From assembly GCA_950097015.1 (NCBI GenBank), contig CATNEN010000002.1, positions 124,001 to 188,000 of the forward strand: DNA of 64,000 nucleotides. The letters run 5' to 3'. Under the pieces are notes generated by a model. It searched no databases. It saw nothing but the letters and a program-made list of their open reading frames with translations, and had not been told where the DNA came from. Both the position numbers and the translations under genes were made by a program. Shown here piece after piece: positions 24,301 to 37,890 of this stretch. Position 1 is the stretch's first letter. Each line of letters begins with the position of its first letter. The stretch is from Macrostomum hystrix (taxonomy: Eukaryota > Animalia > Platyhelminthes).

Positions 24301-24665
24301 GCAACGGCACCCGGCTGATCATCCTGGAGCTGGGCGAGAATGTGCTGCGCTGCAAAGTCGCTGCCGGCCAGTTCACTGGAGATGAGATCCTGCTGCCGCG
24401 GATTCCACTGGAGCCCAACAATGCTGACCTGCCAGTCTGCTTCAAGCGGCTGCAGTTCCCAGTCAAGCCGAGCTTCTGCCTGACGATCCACAAGTCGCAG
24501 GGCCAGTCGCTCGACACCGTGGGCATCGACCTAGCTGTCGGCTGCTTCGCCCACGGCCAGCTGTACACGGCGCTGTCCCGGGCCAAGAATGTCGACAGCG
24601 TGCGCGTCCGGATCTCCGGTGAGCGGACGAGAAATGTCGTGTACCCTGAGGTGCTGAGTGACTGA
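18358..24665 (+). CDS. Helitron Rep/helicase transposase, 9 exons, 1808 aa: STPR repeats + OTU protease + Zn finger + HUH Rep + PIF1 helicase
   Basis: Exons 18358-19043, 19236-19820, 19975-20559, 20685-21454, 21542-21884, 21954-22233, 22334-23355, 23433-23829, 23907-24665 (5427 nt, all GT-AG, open frame). Motifs: GDGNC...HYES (OTU), CNDC...CC..GKV (ZnF), FVTATCNPKW, EYQKRGLPHVH (HUH), YVIKYLMK, DAPAGTGKT, DEISM, GDFRQLLPV, TIHKSQGQS, HGQLYTALSR. Confidence 0.92.
18490..19010 (+). repeat. 69-bp coding tandem repeat (23-aa ETEAERAARLEEQRQRIAERRDV; STPR-like)
   Basis: 7 full units (6 identical) plus 1 partial, preceded by 1 diverged unit, all in RepHel exon 1. Confidence 0.9.
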
Positions 24666-24910
24666 ACCTCGGTATCACAAGTTGAGCCACCTGATATGTA
24701 AATGGTGTTTAACACCATGGGCCCATGGAAGGCATATCAGTTCAAATCCTGTTACAGTGGCACTAAAAACCTTAAAAACAAGTGCACCACCATAGTTAAA
24801 GCCATTTAGTCAGATTATTACCAGCCAAAATCTGAAGCATATAAAAACTAGCACCTAAAATATAACAATTTTCGTTAAAGACAATTCAGTGCAGATATAT
24901 TATGGCTAAA

Positions 24911-25285
24911 AATAATTGAGCGTTTTATGTGCGAAAATTGCAAGCAAAAGCTTGAAAAAAATTAGACAAATATAGATTAGCTAGAAATAATTGAGCACTT
25001 CATGTGCGAAAATTGCAAGCAAAAGCTTGAAAAAAATTAGACAAATATAGATTAGCTAGAAATAATTGAGCACTTCATGTGCGAAAATTGCAAGCAAAAG
25101 CTTGAAAAAAATTAGACAAATATAGATTAGCTAGAAATAATTGAGCACTTCATGTGCGAAAATTGCAAGCAAAAGCTTGAAAAAAATTAGACAAATATAG
25201 ATTAGCTAGAAATAATTGAGCACTTCATGTGCGAAAATTGCAAGCAAAAGCTTGAAAATAAAATGTAGACAAATATAGATTAGCA
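24911..25285. repeat. 75-bp tandem repeat, ~5 copies
   Basis: AATAATTGAG recurs at 24911, 24986, 25061, 25136, 25211. Confidence 0.92.
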
Positions 25286-25544
25286 TTGTAAGGTTTCGTG
25301 CCACTGTAGTGAGAGCAGGTTGGCTGCATAGTGTGGGCCCTGAGAAGCAGTTGAAAAGTACATGTTCGCTACTTTCATGATCCATACTTTCTTCTGCTTA
25401 AACTGGAGAGACTATGCAGCCATGGTCTGAAGTAGCCTTAGCAGACCTGTAGGCTCCTTGTGATGCTTAATTCGAGAGTAAACAGCTGTTCCCAGCTGCT
25501 GAGTGTGCTGAGTGCATTGCTTAGCCCCCATGCATGTCTCCCAC

Positions 25545-27400
25545 GATGCGGAGTTGAAGCCAGCAAGCAGAAAGACTGACACCTGAGAATAGATCCATTT
25601 GATCAAACTGTGCAGGGTTTCTGGTCTTGCTGGTAGCAAACTCTGCAGAAGCATCTGCCCAACCCCCACCTCACTACTAATTTTATTGTCACTGAAATAT
25701 GTGAGAATGAGTTTGCAGTTATTAACTGGCCTAAAGTGGATTGATTGCTACATTTCTTATTTTACTATTATTGACTTCTCAAATTCAATCTTCCATGCGG
25801 AGTTGAAGCCAGCAAGCAGAAAGACTGACACCTGAGAATAGATCCATTTGATCAAACTGTGCAGGGTTTCTGGTCTTGCTGGTAGCAAACTCTGCAGAAG
25901 CATCTGCCCAACCCCCCACCTCACTACTGATTTGAATGTCACTGAAATATGAGAATGAGTTTGCTGTTATTAACTGGCATAAAGTGGATTGATTGCTACA
26001 TTTCTTATTTTATTATTATTGACTTCTCAAATTCAATCTTCCATGCGGAGTTGAAGCCAGCAAGCAGAAAGACTGACACCTGAGAATAGATCCATTTGAT
26101 CAAACTGTGCAGGGTTTCTGGTCTTGCTGGTGGCAAACTCTGCAGAAGCATCTGCCCAACCCCCCACCTCACTACTGATTTGAATGTCACTGAAATATGA
26201 GAATGAGTTTGCTGTTATTAACTGGCATAAAGTGGATTGATTGCTACATTTCTTATTTTACTATTATTGACTTCTCAAATTCAATCTTCCATGCGGAGTT
26301 GAAGCCAGCAAGCAGAAAGACTGACACCTGAGAATAGATCCATTTGATCAAACTGTGCAGGGTTTCTGGTCTTGCTGGTGGCAAACTCTGCAGAAACATC
26401 TGCCCAACCCCCCACCTCACTACTGATTTGAATGTCACTGAAATATGAGAATGAGTTTGCTGTTATTAACTGGCATAAAGTGGATTGATTGCTACATTTC
26501 TTATTTTACTATTATTGACTTCTCAAATTCAATCTTCCATGCGGAGTTGAAGCCAGCAAGCAGAAAGACTGACACCTGAGAATAGATCCATTTTATCAAA
26601 CTGTGCAGGGTTTCTGGTCTTGCTGGTGTCAAACTCTGCAGAAGCATCTGCCCAACCCCCCACCTCACTACTGATTTGAATGTCACTGAAATATGTGAGA
26701 ATGAGTTTGCTGTTATTAACTGGCATAAAGTGGATTGATTGCTACATTTCTTATTTTACTATTATTGACTTCTCAAATTCAATCTTCCATGCGGAGTTGA
26801 AGCCAGCAAGCAGAAAGACTGACACCTGAGAATAGATCCATTTGATCAAACTGTGCAGGGTTTCTGGTCTTGCTGGTGTCAAACTCTGCAGAAGCATCTG
26901 CCCAACCCCCCACCTCACTACTGATTTGAATGTCACTGAAATATGTGAGAATGAGTTTGCTGTTATTAACTGGCATAAAGTGGATTGATTGCTACATTTC
27001 TTATTTTACTATTATTGACTTCTCAAATTCAATCTTCCATGCGGAGTTGAAGCCAGCAAGCAGAAAGACTGACACCTGAGAATAGATCCATTTGATCAAA
27101 CTGTGCAGGGTTTCTGGTCTTGCTGGTGTCAAACTCTGCAGAAGCATCTGCCCAACCCCCCACCTCACTACTGATTTGAATGTCACTGAAATATGAGAAT
27201 GAGTTTGCTGTTATTAACTGGCATAAAGTGGATTGATTGCTACATTTCTTATTTTACTATTATTGACTTCTCAAATTCAATCTTCCACTTGCGGAGTTGA
27301 AGCCAGCAAGCAGAAAGACTGACACCTGAGAATAGATCCATTTGATCAAACTGTGCAGGGTTTCTGGTCTTGCTGGTAGCAAACTCTGCAGAAGCATCTG
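25545..27400. repeat. 248-250-bp tandem repeat, ~7.5 copies, in the Helitron 3' region
   Basis: Near-identical 61-aa pseudo-ORFs recur at 25757, 26005, 26253, 26501, 26751, 27001. Confidence 0.93.
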
Positions 27401-27808
27401 ACTCAGCACCAAATAAGTATATATTTAGACAAAGAACTGTCTAGCTTTGTATTGTAAAAGACAAAAGAGAATAAATTAAAACATTGTTGCAAGTTATTAA
27501 AGATAAAAAAGATTAAACGCAGGATTCATTCTATATTTTCCTAAAGTTTTGTAGAAGCAATTCAAACAAGATAAACTTTTTTGAGTTGATCAGGTGTATT
27601 TATTTACTATTTGTTTAAAGTAAATAATTTAACACAAAATTTCTTGAATTGAAGAATGAAAATGGGAGGCTATTGCCATTTAAAAGTGAAATTTAATAAA
27701 TGACAGTGCTTTTTGGGTGCTTGGAAAGATTTAGGTACTGAATACTGGCTGAGATGAAGAAGAGTAATCAGTTTTAGTATGTTATATAATATTATATGAT
27801 TTGATATA

Positions 27809-28193
27809 GGTAGTTGTTATTTGTCCGGTTAACCGGACAAATAATCAAACGGCTATTTGTCCGGTTAACGTCCTTCACTGGTGACCCAGTTGACTTTGTA
27901 GAAGTATTCATTTTACCGGACAAATAGCTGTTTGATTATTTGTCCGGTTAAATTAAAACCAAAACTTTTCAGTGTTGACTATATCTCCTGCATCTTGTTC
28001 CAAATTATGCATGTCGGAAGAGATCTTCCCTTTAAGCCAAATTGTTTATATCTAACTAATGTCTGTTTGATTTGTATTTTTATCCAACTAAAGAGTAGGG
28101 CCAAAGCTAAGTTCCTTTGAAGCGTGAAGTTGTAGCGACTCATTTGAATACTTTACATCCGGAAGGACATTAACCGGACAAATAACAACTGCC
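27809..28193. mobile_element. MITE with 9-bp TSD (Mutator/MULE-like), nested in the Helitron
   Basis: TIR GGTAGTTGTTATTTGTCCGGTTAA / TTAACCGGACAAATAACAACTGCC; perfect TSD TTTGATATA at 27800-27808 and 28194-28202. Confidence 0.82.
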
Positions 28194-29270
28194 TTTGATA
28201 TATATAATTTATGATACGTTTTATTTCAGAAATAATGAATATCAACATTTGTTGCGAATGAAATGGAATAGTTAATATATATAACTTTATAGCCTGACAA
28301 AACAAAATAGCTGTTAAAGTAAATAATATATTTTTAGCATTGTTAGGACATTTTTATCTGTGAAATAATTAAAAAAGGCAATTAATGATTACAAGTTACA
28401 CATGCGATGCTCATTGAGTTTAAGAACAGGAAAACATGTACCATGATGGTCAGATTATTGTTAGCATAGAGGGACAGCCGCTGATCAAGCAAATAGCTTT
28501 AACAATGATAGAGCAATATTTGCTTTAACTTTGACAATTTTACTTGTCAATCAGGCATAAGAGCCAACGTAGCAAATTCGTGCACTTCATTGCTTGGCTA
28601 TTGCACACAGACAAAATTATAATACCTATTAAGCAATCAAATTAAAAAAATAACTAGAGTTACACACCGAAATGAAGTGCAGCTGCATATGGTATTACAG
28701 TGTATATGTAAATACAGGAACGCGTAAGAGAGATTTCATCGCAAATTATAGAATGTCTTCAGAATTTCAACTACCATTTAAAAATAAATTAAATACCAGA
28801 TTTCTAAGAAAGAATTATTATTTAAATGCATATACCTAACAGTTTTAGAAATAATATTGCAATCATGAAACAACTGATAACAAATCTTTATCTCTAACAA
28901 TGAATCTTTATCTCTAGCAATGAATTGAAATATTTTATATAGTCGTCAGAAAAAATTAAAAATTTTCTTGTTTGTTTAAATACTTAAAATCGTTAGCTGC
29001 TAAAAATACTTTTGACTCATTAAAAACAGTTTCTAAAAAAATTGCTGGAATCGATACATATTAAGGCTTAACTTTTTTAATAGAAATTTAGGCTCAGCAA
29101 TAACAGACCTAGGATATTTAGGCTCAAAATCGACAGAACTCTAAGCTGAGAATCGATATACACAGATATCTAAGTTTAGAATTTAATTATAGTTATCTAT
29201 TGTCCAATTGTCCAACAAAATACTGTTGGCCTTCAAATAGAGGTCCCCAACGGGGGGCATAAATTGCTAG

Positions 29271-32200
29271 TCTATTATACTAAAAATGAAAATCTTGTAT
29301 GTTTGTATGTTTGCAATCGACTAGCTCCCGAACGGCTCAACCGATTTTAGCAATTCCTTCGCCAAAAGATCACAAATGGGCCGGAATCGGTACACGTAAT
29401 TTTATTAAGCTTAATTCCATTGCCAAGGGGATTAAATATTCGAAAAACAGTTTTAAATAGTCTTTTGTAATGCATTCTTGTTTTCAGCTTGTGCACAGTG
29501 AGGCTCCAGTGCCAATTTTTATGATTGCATCAGAGCCAGTTTTGATAACGAACTGATAAGAACTCCAGTGAGGCTACCCAGAGGGTAGCGAAGGCAGCTA
29601 GTCTTCTATCTAATATACTAAAAATGAAAATCTTGCTTGCTTGCTTGCTTGCTTGCTTGTTTGCAATCGACTAGCTCCCGAACGGCTCAACCGATTTTCA
29701 AAATTCCTTCGCCAAAAGATCACAAATGGGCCGGAATCGGTACACGTAATTTTATTAAGCTTAATTCCATTGGCAAGGGGATTAAATATTCGAAAAACAG
29801 TTTTAAATAGGCTTTTCTAATGCATTCTTGTTTTCAGCTTGTGCACAGTGAGGCCTCCAGTGCCAATTTTAATGATTGCATCAGAGCCAGTTTTGATAAC
29901 GCACGCGCGTACTGATAAGAACTCACAGGGAGGCTACCCAGAGGGTAGCGAAGGCAGCTAGTCTAATATACTAAAAATGAAAATCTTGCTTGTATGTTTG
30001 CAATCGACTAGCTCCCGAACGGCTCAACCGATTTTCGCAATTCCTTCGCCAAAAGATCACAAATGGGCCGGAATCGGTACACGTATTTTTATTAAGCTTA
30101 ATTTCATTGCCAAGGGGATTAAATATTCGAAAAACAGTTTTAAATAGGCTTTTCTAATGCATTCTTGTTTTCAGCTTGTGCACAGTGAGGCCTCCAGTGC
30201 CAATTTTAATGATTGCATCAGAGCCAGTTTTGATAACGCACGCGTACTGATAAGAACTCACAGGGAGGCTACCCAGAGGGTAGCGAAGGCAGCTAGTCTA
30301 ATATACTAAAAATGAAAATCTTGCTTGCTTGCTTGCTTGCTTGTATGTTTGCAATCGACTAGCTCCCGAACGGCTCAACCGATTTTCGCAATTCCTTCGC
30401 CAAAAGATCACAAATGGGCCGGAATCGGTACACGTATTTTTATTAAGCTTAATTCCATTGCCAAGGGGATTAAATATTCGAAAAACAGTTTTAAATAGGC
30501 TTTTCTAATGCATTCTTGTTTTCAGCTTGTGCACAGTGAGGCCTCCAGTGCCAATTTTAATGATTGCATCGGAGCCAATTTTGATAACGCACTGATAAGA
30601 ACTCCAGTGAGGCTACCCAGAGGGTAGCGAAGGCAGCTAGTCTTTTCTAATATACTAAAAATGAAAATCTTGCTTGCTTGCTTGCTTGCTTGCTTGTTTG
30701 CAATCGACTAGCTCCCGAACGGCTCAACCGATTTTCACAATTCCTTCGCCAAAAGATCACAAATGGGCCCGAATCGGTACACGTCTTTTTTCTAAGCTTA
30801 ATTTCATTGCTAAGGGGATTAAATATTCGAAAAACAGTTTTAAATAGGCTTTTCTAATGCATTCTTGTTTCCAGCTTGTGCACAGTGAGGCTCCAGTGCC
30901 AATTTTTATGATTGCATCAGAGCCAGTTTTGATAACGAACTGATAAGAACTCACAGGGAGGCTACCCAGAGGGTAGCGAAGGCAGCTAGTAATATACTAA
31001 AAATGAAAATCTTGTATGTTTGTATGTTTGCAATCGACTAGCTCCCGAACGGCTCAACCGATTTTTGCAATTCCTTCGCCAAAAGATCACAAATGGGCCC
31101 GAATCGGTACACGTATTTTTATTAAGCTTAATTCCATTGCCAAGGGGATTAAATATTCGAAAAACTGTTTTAAATAGGCTTTTCTAATGCATTCTTGTTT
31201 TCAGCTTGTGCACAGTGAGGCCTCCAGTGCCAAATTTAATGATTGCATCAGAGCCTGCAGTTTTGATAACGCACTGATAAGAACTCACAGGGAGGCTACC
31301 CAGAGGGTAGCGAAGGCAGCTAGTCTATCTAATATACTAAAAATGAAAATCTTGTATGTTTGTTTGCAATCGACTAGCTCCCGAACGGCTCAACCGATTT
31401 TCAAAATTCCTTCGCCAAAAGATCACAAATGGGCCGGAATCGGTACACGTAATTTTATTAAGCTTAATTCCATTGGCAAAGGGATTAAATATTCGAAAAA
31501 CAGTTTTAAATAGGCTTTTCTAATGCATTCTTGTTTTCAGCTTGTGCACAGTGAGGCCTCCAGTGCCAATTTTAATGATTGCATCAGAGCCAGTTTTGAT
31601 AACGCACGCGCGTACTGATAAGAACTCACAGGGAGGCTACCCGGAGGGTAGCGAAGGCAGCTAGTAATATACTAAAAATGAAAATCTTGTTTGTATGTTT
31701 GTATGTTTGTATGTTTGCAATCGACTAGCTCCCGAACGGCTCAACCGATTTTCACAATTCCTTCGCCAAAAGATCACAATTGGGCCGGAATCGGTACACG
31801 TAATTTTATTAAGCTTAATTTCATTGCCAAGGGGATTAAATATTCGAAAAACAGTTTTAAATAGGCTTTTCTAATGCATTCTTGTTTTCAGCTTGTGCAC
31901 AGTGAGGCTCCAGTGCCAATTTTAATGATTGCATCAGAGCCAATTTTGATAAGGCACTGATAAGAACTCAAGGGAGGCTACCCAGAGGGTAGCGAAGGCA
32001 GCTAGTCTAATATACTAAAAATGAAAATCTTCTTCTTATATACTAAAAATGAAAATCTTGCTTGCTTGTATGTTTGCAATCGACTAGCTCCCGAACGGCT
32101 CAACCGATTTTCGCAATTCCTTCGCCAAAAGATCACAAATGGGCCGGAATCGGTACACGTAATTTTATTAAGCTTAATTCCATTTGCAAGGGGATTAAAT

Positions 32201-32374
32201 ATTCGAAAAACAGTTTTAAATAGGCTTTTCTAATGCATTCTTGTTTTCAGCTTGTGCACAGTGAGGCCTCCAGTGCCAAATTTAATGATTGCATCAGAGC
32301 CAGTTTTGATAACGCACGCGCGTACTGATAAGAACTCACAGGGAGGCTACCCAGAGGGTAGCGAAGGCAGCTAG
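29271..32374 (+). mobile_element. Tandem array of 9 non-autonomous mini-Helitrons (~330-370 bp)
   Basis: Units end in CTAG at 29601, 29961, 30296, 30640, 30989, 31323, 31664, 32005, 32374, each preceded by the GCTACCC...GGGTAGC hairpin; same family as 14706-15866. Confidence 0.92.
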
Positions 32375-33004
32375 TCTAATATACTAATCCACTATACTAA
32401 AAATGAAATGCTTGCTTGCTTGGTTGGTTGGTTGGTTGTAATTGATTTTCTCCCGAACAGCTCAACCGATTTTCACAATTTCTTCACCAAAAGATGCCAA
32501 ATATGGGGACAATTATACACGTATTTTTTTAAGCTTAACTTTATTGCTAAGGCGATTAAATATTCGAAAAACATGATTTTTTCAAAGGTCAAACCATCTT
32601 GGCCTATTGAGAATTCACTCACTGCCACTGAATTAGAATTGCATCGTCAAATTGCGCAACAACCCCTAGCTGATTGAATTTGAAGCCTGCACTCTGGAGA
32701 CAAATTGGAAATAAATGTACACAACCAACCGCGAGACTGAGTGTACTCTATTTTCTTACTTCATTGTACAAAGCCAGAACTTTGAGAATTCATTTTATAT
32801 AAGGCTGATTTTTGCACCCACTAACCAACAGTCGGAATAGCCGATGTGTAGGCACTAGGAATAGGTTAGGCTAGGCTAGAGTTCGATTCTGCACTGCGTC
32901 AAATCATTTAGACTAATTTTCAGCCAGTAGTGATTAAAGACAATTTTAATTTATTTTTTTCATTTCGTAAATAAAATATCATAAATCATAGCACACCGGC
33001 TAAA

Positions 33005-36000
33005 ACAGAGTTTGAATCATGGCTAAACCAGAGTCTGAATCATGGCTAAACCAGAGTTTGAATAATGGCTACACCAGAGTTTGAATCATGGCTAAACCAG
33101 ATCTTGAATCATGGCTAAACTAGAGTTTGAATCATGGCTAAACCAGAGTCTGAATCATGGCTAAACCAGCGTCTGAATCATGGCTAAAGCAGAGTTTGAA
33201 TCATGGCTAAACCAGAGTCTGAATCATGGCTTAACCAGAGTTTGAATCATGGCTAAACCAGAGTTTGAATCATGGCTAAACCAGAGTTTGAATCATGGCT
33301 AAACCAGATCTTGAATCATGGCTAAACTAGAGTTTGAATCATGGCTAAACCAGAGTCTGAATCATGGCTAAACAAGCGTCTGAATCATGGCTAAAGCAGA
33401 GTTTGAATCATGGCTAAACCAGAGTCTGAATCATGGCTTAACCAGAGTTTGAATCATGGCTAAACCAGAGTTTGAATCATGGCTAAACCAGAGTTTGAAT
33501 CATGGCTAAACCAGAGTTTGAATCATGGCTAAACCAGAGTTTGAATCATGGCTAAACCAGAGTCTGAATCATGGCTAAACCAGAGTTTGAATCATGGCTA
33601 AACCAGAGTCTGAATCATGGCTTAACCAGAGTTTGAATCATGGCTAAACCAGAGTTTGAATCATGGCTAAACCAGAGTCTGAATCATGGCTAAACCAGCG
33701 TCTGAATCATGGCTAAACCAGAGTTTGAATCATGGCTAAACCAGAGTCTGAATCATGGCTTAACTAGAGTTTGAATCATGGCTAAACCAGAGTCTGAATC
33801 ATGGCTAAACCAGCGTCTGAATCATGGCTAAAGCAGAGTTTGAATCATGGCTAAACCAGAGTCTGAATCATGGCTTAACCAGAGTTTGAATCATGGCTAA
33901 ACCAGAGTTTGAATCATGGCTAAACCAGAGTTTGAATCATGGCTAAACCAGAGTTTGAATCATGGCTAAACCAGAGTTTGAATCATGGCTAAACCAGAGT
34001 TTGAATCATGGCTAAACCAGAGTTTGAATCATGGCTAAACCAGAGTTTGAATCATGGCTAAACCAGAGTCTGAATCATGGCTAAACCAGAGTTTGAATCA
34101 TGGCTAAACCAGAGTCTGAATCATGGCTTAACCAGAGTTTGAATCATGGCTAAACCAGAGTTTGAATCATGGCTAAACCAGAGTCTGAATCATGGCTAAA
34201 CCAGCGTCTGAATCATGGCTAAACCAGAGTCTGAATCATGGCTAAACCATAGTCTGAATCATTGCTAAAATAGAGTCTGAATCATGGCTAAACCAGAGTC
34301 TGAATCATGGCTAAACCAGAGTCTGAATCATGGCTAAACTAGAGTCTGAATCATGGCTAAACCATAGTCTGAATCATTGCTAAAATAGAGTCTGAATCAT
34401 GGCTAAACCAGAGTCTGAATCATGGCTAAACCAGAGTCTGAATCATGGCTAAACCAGAGTCTGAATCATGGCTAAACCAGAGTCTGAATCATGGCTAAAC
34501 TAGAGTCTGAATCATGGCTAAACCAGAGTTTGAACCATGGCTAAACCAGAGTTTGAATCATGGCTAAACCAGCGTCTGAATCATGGCTAAACCAGCGTCT
34601 GAATCATGGCTAAACCAGAGTTTGAATCATGGCTAAACCAGAGTTTGAATATTGGCAACACCAGAGTTTGAATCATGGCTAAACCAGCGTCTGAATCATG
34701 GCTAAACCAGAGTTTGAATCATGGCTAAACCAGAGACTAAATCATGGCTAAACCATCATCATCAGCATGGCTAAACTAGAGTTTGAATCATGGCTAAACC
34801 ATCATCATCAGCATGGCTAAACTAGAGTTTGAATCATGGCTAAACCAGAGTTTGAATAATGGCTACACCAGAGTTTGAATCATGGCTAAACCAGATCTTG
34901 AATCATGGCTAAACTAGAGTTTGAATCATGGCTAAACCAGAGTCTGAATCATGGCTAAACCAGCGTCTGAATCATGGCTAAAGCAGAGTTTGAATCATGG
35001 CTAAACCAGAGTCTGAATCATGGCTTAACCAGAGTTTGAATCATGGCTAAACCAGAGTTTGAATCATGGCTAAACCAGAGTTTGAATCATGGCTAAACCA
35101 GATCTTGAATCATGGCTAAACTAGAGTTTGAATCATGGCTAAACCAGAGTCTGAATCATGGCTAAACCAGCGTCTGAATCATGGCTAAAGCAGAGCTTGA
35201 ATCATGGCTAAACCAGAGTCTGAATCATGGCTTAACCAGAGTTTGAATCATGGCTAAACCAGAGTTTGAATCATGGCTAAACCAGAGTTTGAATCATGGC
35301 TAAACCAGATCTTGAATCATGGCTAAACTAGAGTTTGAATCATGGCTAAACCAGAGTCTGAATCATGGCTAAACCAGCGTCTGAATCATGGCTAAAGCAG
35401 AGTTTGAATCATGGCTAAACCAGAGTCTGAATCATGGCTTAACCAGAGTTTGAATCATGGCTAAACCAGAGTTTGAATCATGGCTAAACCAGAGTTTGAA
35501 TCATGGCTAAACCAGAGTTTGAATCATGGCTAAACTAGAGTTTGAATCTTGGCTAAACCAGAGTCTGAATCATGGCTAAACCAGCGTCTGAATCATGGCT
35601 AAAGCAGAGTTTGAATCATGGCTAAACCAGAGTCTGAATCATGGCTAAACCAGAGTCTGAATCATGGCTAAACCAGAGTTTGAATCATGGCTAAACCAGA
35701 GTTTGAATCATGGCTTAACCAGAGTTTGTATCATGGCTAAACCAGAGTTTGAATCATGGCTAAACCAGAGTTTGAATCATGGCTAAACCAGAGTTTGAAT
35801 CATGGCTAAACCAGAGTTTGAGTCATGGCTAAACCAGAGTCTGAATCATGGCTAAACCAACGTTTGAATCATGGCTAACCTAGAGTCTGAATCATGGCTA
35901 AACCATAGTCTGAATCATTGCTAAAATAGAGTTTGAACCATGGCTAAACCAGAGTTTGAATCATGGCTAAACCAGCGTCTGAATCATGGCTAAACCAGCG

Positions 36001-36715
36001 TCTGAATCATGGCTAAACCAGAGTTTGAATCATGGCTAAACCAGAGTTTGAATATTGGCAACACCAGAGTTTGAATCATGGCTAAACCAGCGTCTGAATC
36101 ATGGCTAAACCAGAGTTTGAATCATGGCTAAACCAGAGACTAAATCATGGCTAAACCATCATCATCAGCATGGCTAAACTAGAGTTTGAATCATGGCTAA
36201 ACCATCATCATCAGCATGGCTAAACTAGAGTTTGAATCATGGCTAAACCAGAGTTTGAATAATGGCTACACCAGAGTTTGAATCATGGCTAAACCAGAGT
36301 CTGAATCATGGCTAAACTAGAGTTTGAATCATGGCTAAACCAGAGTTTGAATAATGGCTACACCAGAGTTTGAATCATGGCTAAACCAGAGTCTGAATCA
36401 TGGCTAAACCAGAGTTTGAATCTTGGCTAAACCAGAGTTTCAATCATGGCTAACCCAGCGTTTGAATCATGGCTAAACCAGAGTTTGAATCATGGCAAAA
36501 ACCGAGTTTCAATCATGGCTAACCCAGCGTTTGAATCATGGCTAAACCAGAGTTTGAATCATAGCCAACCAGAGTTTGAATCTTGGCTAAACCAGAGTTT
36601 GAATCATAGCCAACCAGAGTCTGAATCATGGCAAAACGAGAGTTTGAATCATAGCCCACCAGGGTTTAAAACATGGCGAAACCTGAGTTTGAATCTTGGC
36701 TAACCCAGCGTTTGA
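33005..36715. repeat. 23-bp satellite (AATCATGGCTAAACCAGAGTTTG), ~160 copies
   Basis: Direct tandem periodicity with recurring higher-order variant blocks. Confidence 0.96.
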
Positions 36716-36729
36716 AAAATCAACGTCAA

Positions 36730-37890
36730 CTGGGGAGTCATCATAAAAATGGGGATCATGGTGAACTGGGGGATCATGGTAAACTGGGGGATAATTGTCG
36801 ACTGGGGGATCATTGTCAACTGGGGGATCATTGTCAACTGGGGGATCATTGTCAACTGGGGGATCATTGTCAACTGGGGGATCATTGTCAAATGGGGGAT
36901 CATTGTCAACTGGGGGATCTTTGTCAACTGGGGGGTAATGGTCAACTGGGGGATAATTGTCAACTGGGGAATCATCATCAACTGGGGATCATCATCAACT
37001 GGGGGATCATTGAGAACTGGGGGATCTTTGTCAACTGGGGGATCATTGTGAACTGGGGGATCTTTGTCAACTGGGGGATCATTGTATACTGTGGGATCAT
37101 TGTCAACTGGGGGATCATTGTCAACTGGGGGATCATTGTCAACTGGGGGATCGTTGTCAACTGGGGGATCATTGTCAACTGGGGGAACATTGTCAACTGG
37201 AGGAACATTGTTAACTAGGGATCATCATCAATGGGGAGACTTCATCAACTGGGGGACCATTGTGAACTGGGGGATCTTTGTTAACTGGGGGATCATTGTC
37301 AACTGGGGGATCATTCTCAACTGGGGGATCATTGTCAACTGGGGGATCATTTTCAACTGGGGGATCATCATCAACTGGAGGATCATTGTCAACTGGGGGA
37401 TCATTGTCAACTGGGGGATCATTGTCAACTGGGGGATCATTGTCAACTGGGTGATCATCATCAACTGGGGGATCATTGTCAACTGGGGGAACATTGTCAA
37501 ATGGAGGAACATTGTTAACTGGGGATCATCATCAATGGGGAGACTTCATCAACTGGGGGATCATTGTGAACTGGGGGATCTTTGTTAACTGGGGGATCAT
37601 TGTCAACTGGGGGATCATTGTCAACTGGGGGATCATTTTCAACTGGGGGATCATCATCAACTGGGGGATCATCATCAACTGGGTGATCATTGTGAACTGG
37701 GGGATCTTTGTCAACTGGGGGATCATTGTCAACTGTGGGATCATTGTCAACTGGGGGATCATTGTCAAATGGGGGATCATTGTCAACTGGGGGATCGTTG
37801 TCAACTGGGGGTTCATTGTCAACTGGGGGTTCATTGTCAACTGGGGGATCATTGTCAACTGGGGGATCATTGTCAACTGGGGGTTCATTG
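36730..37890. repeat. 18-bp minisatellite (TCATTGTCAACTGGGGGA), ~64 copies
   Basis: Direct tandem periodicity; explains the IIVNWG/PQLTMI ORFs. Confidence 0.95.

Larger units (their letters stand above)
15867..29270 (+). mobile_element. Full-length, putatively autonomous Helitron (~13.4 kb)
   Basis: 5' TCTATCTAATATACTAAAAATG; 3' hairpin GTCCCC-AACG-GGGGGC (29243-29258), 8-nt spacer, CTAG (29267-29270); encloses a complete RepHel gene. Confidence 0.9.

Noticed and set aside
25757-27186. Six repeated 61-aa ORFs (MTFKSVVRWG...)
   Set aside because: Artefact of the 248-250-bp tandem repeat; GTG starts and no domain similarity recognised.
33005-37890. CRISPR-like appearance of regular short repeats
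   Set aside because: Units abut with no unique spacers, there are no cas genes, and the context is eukaryotic.
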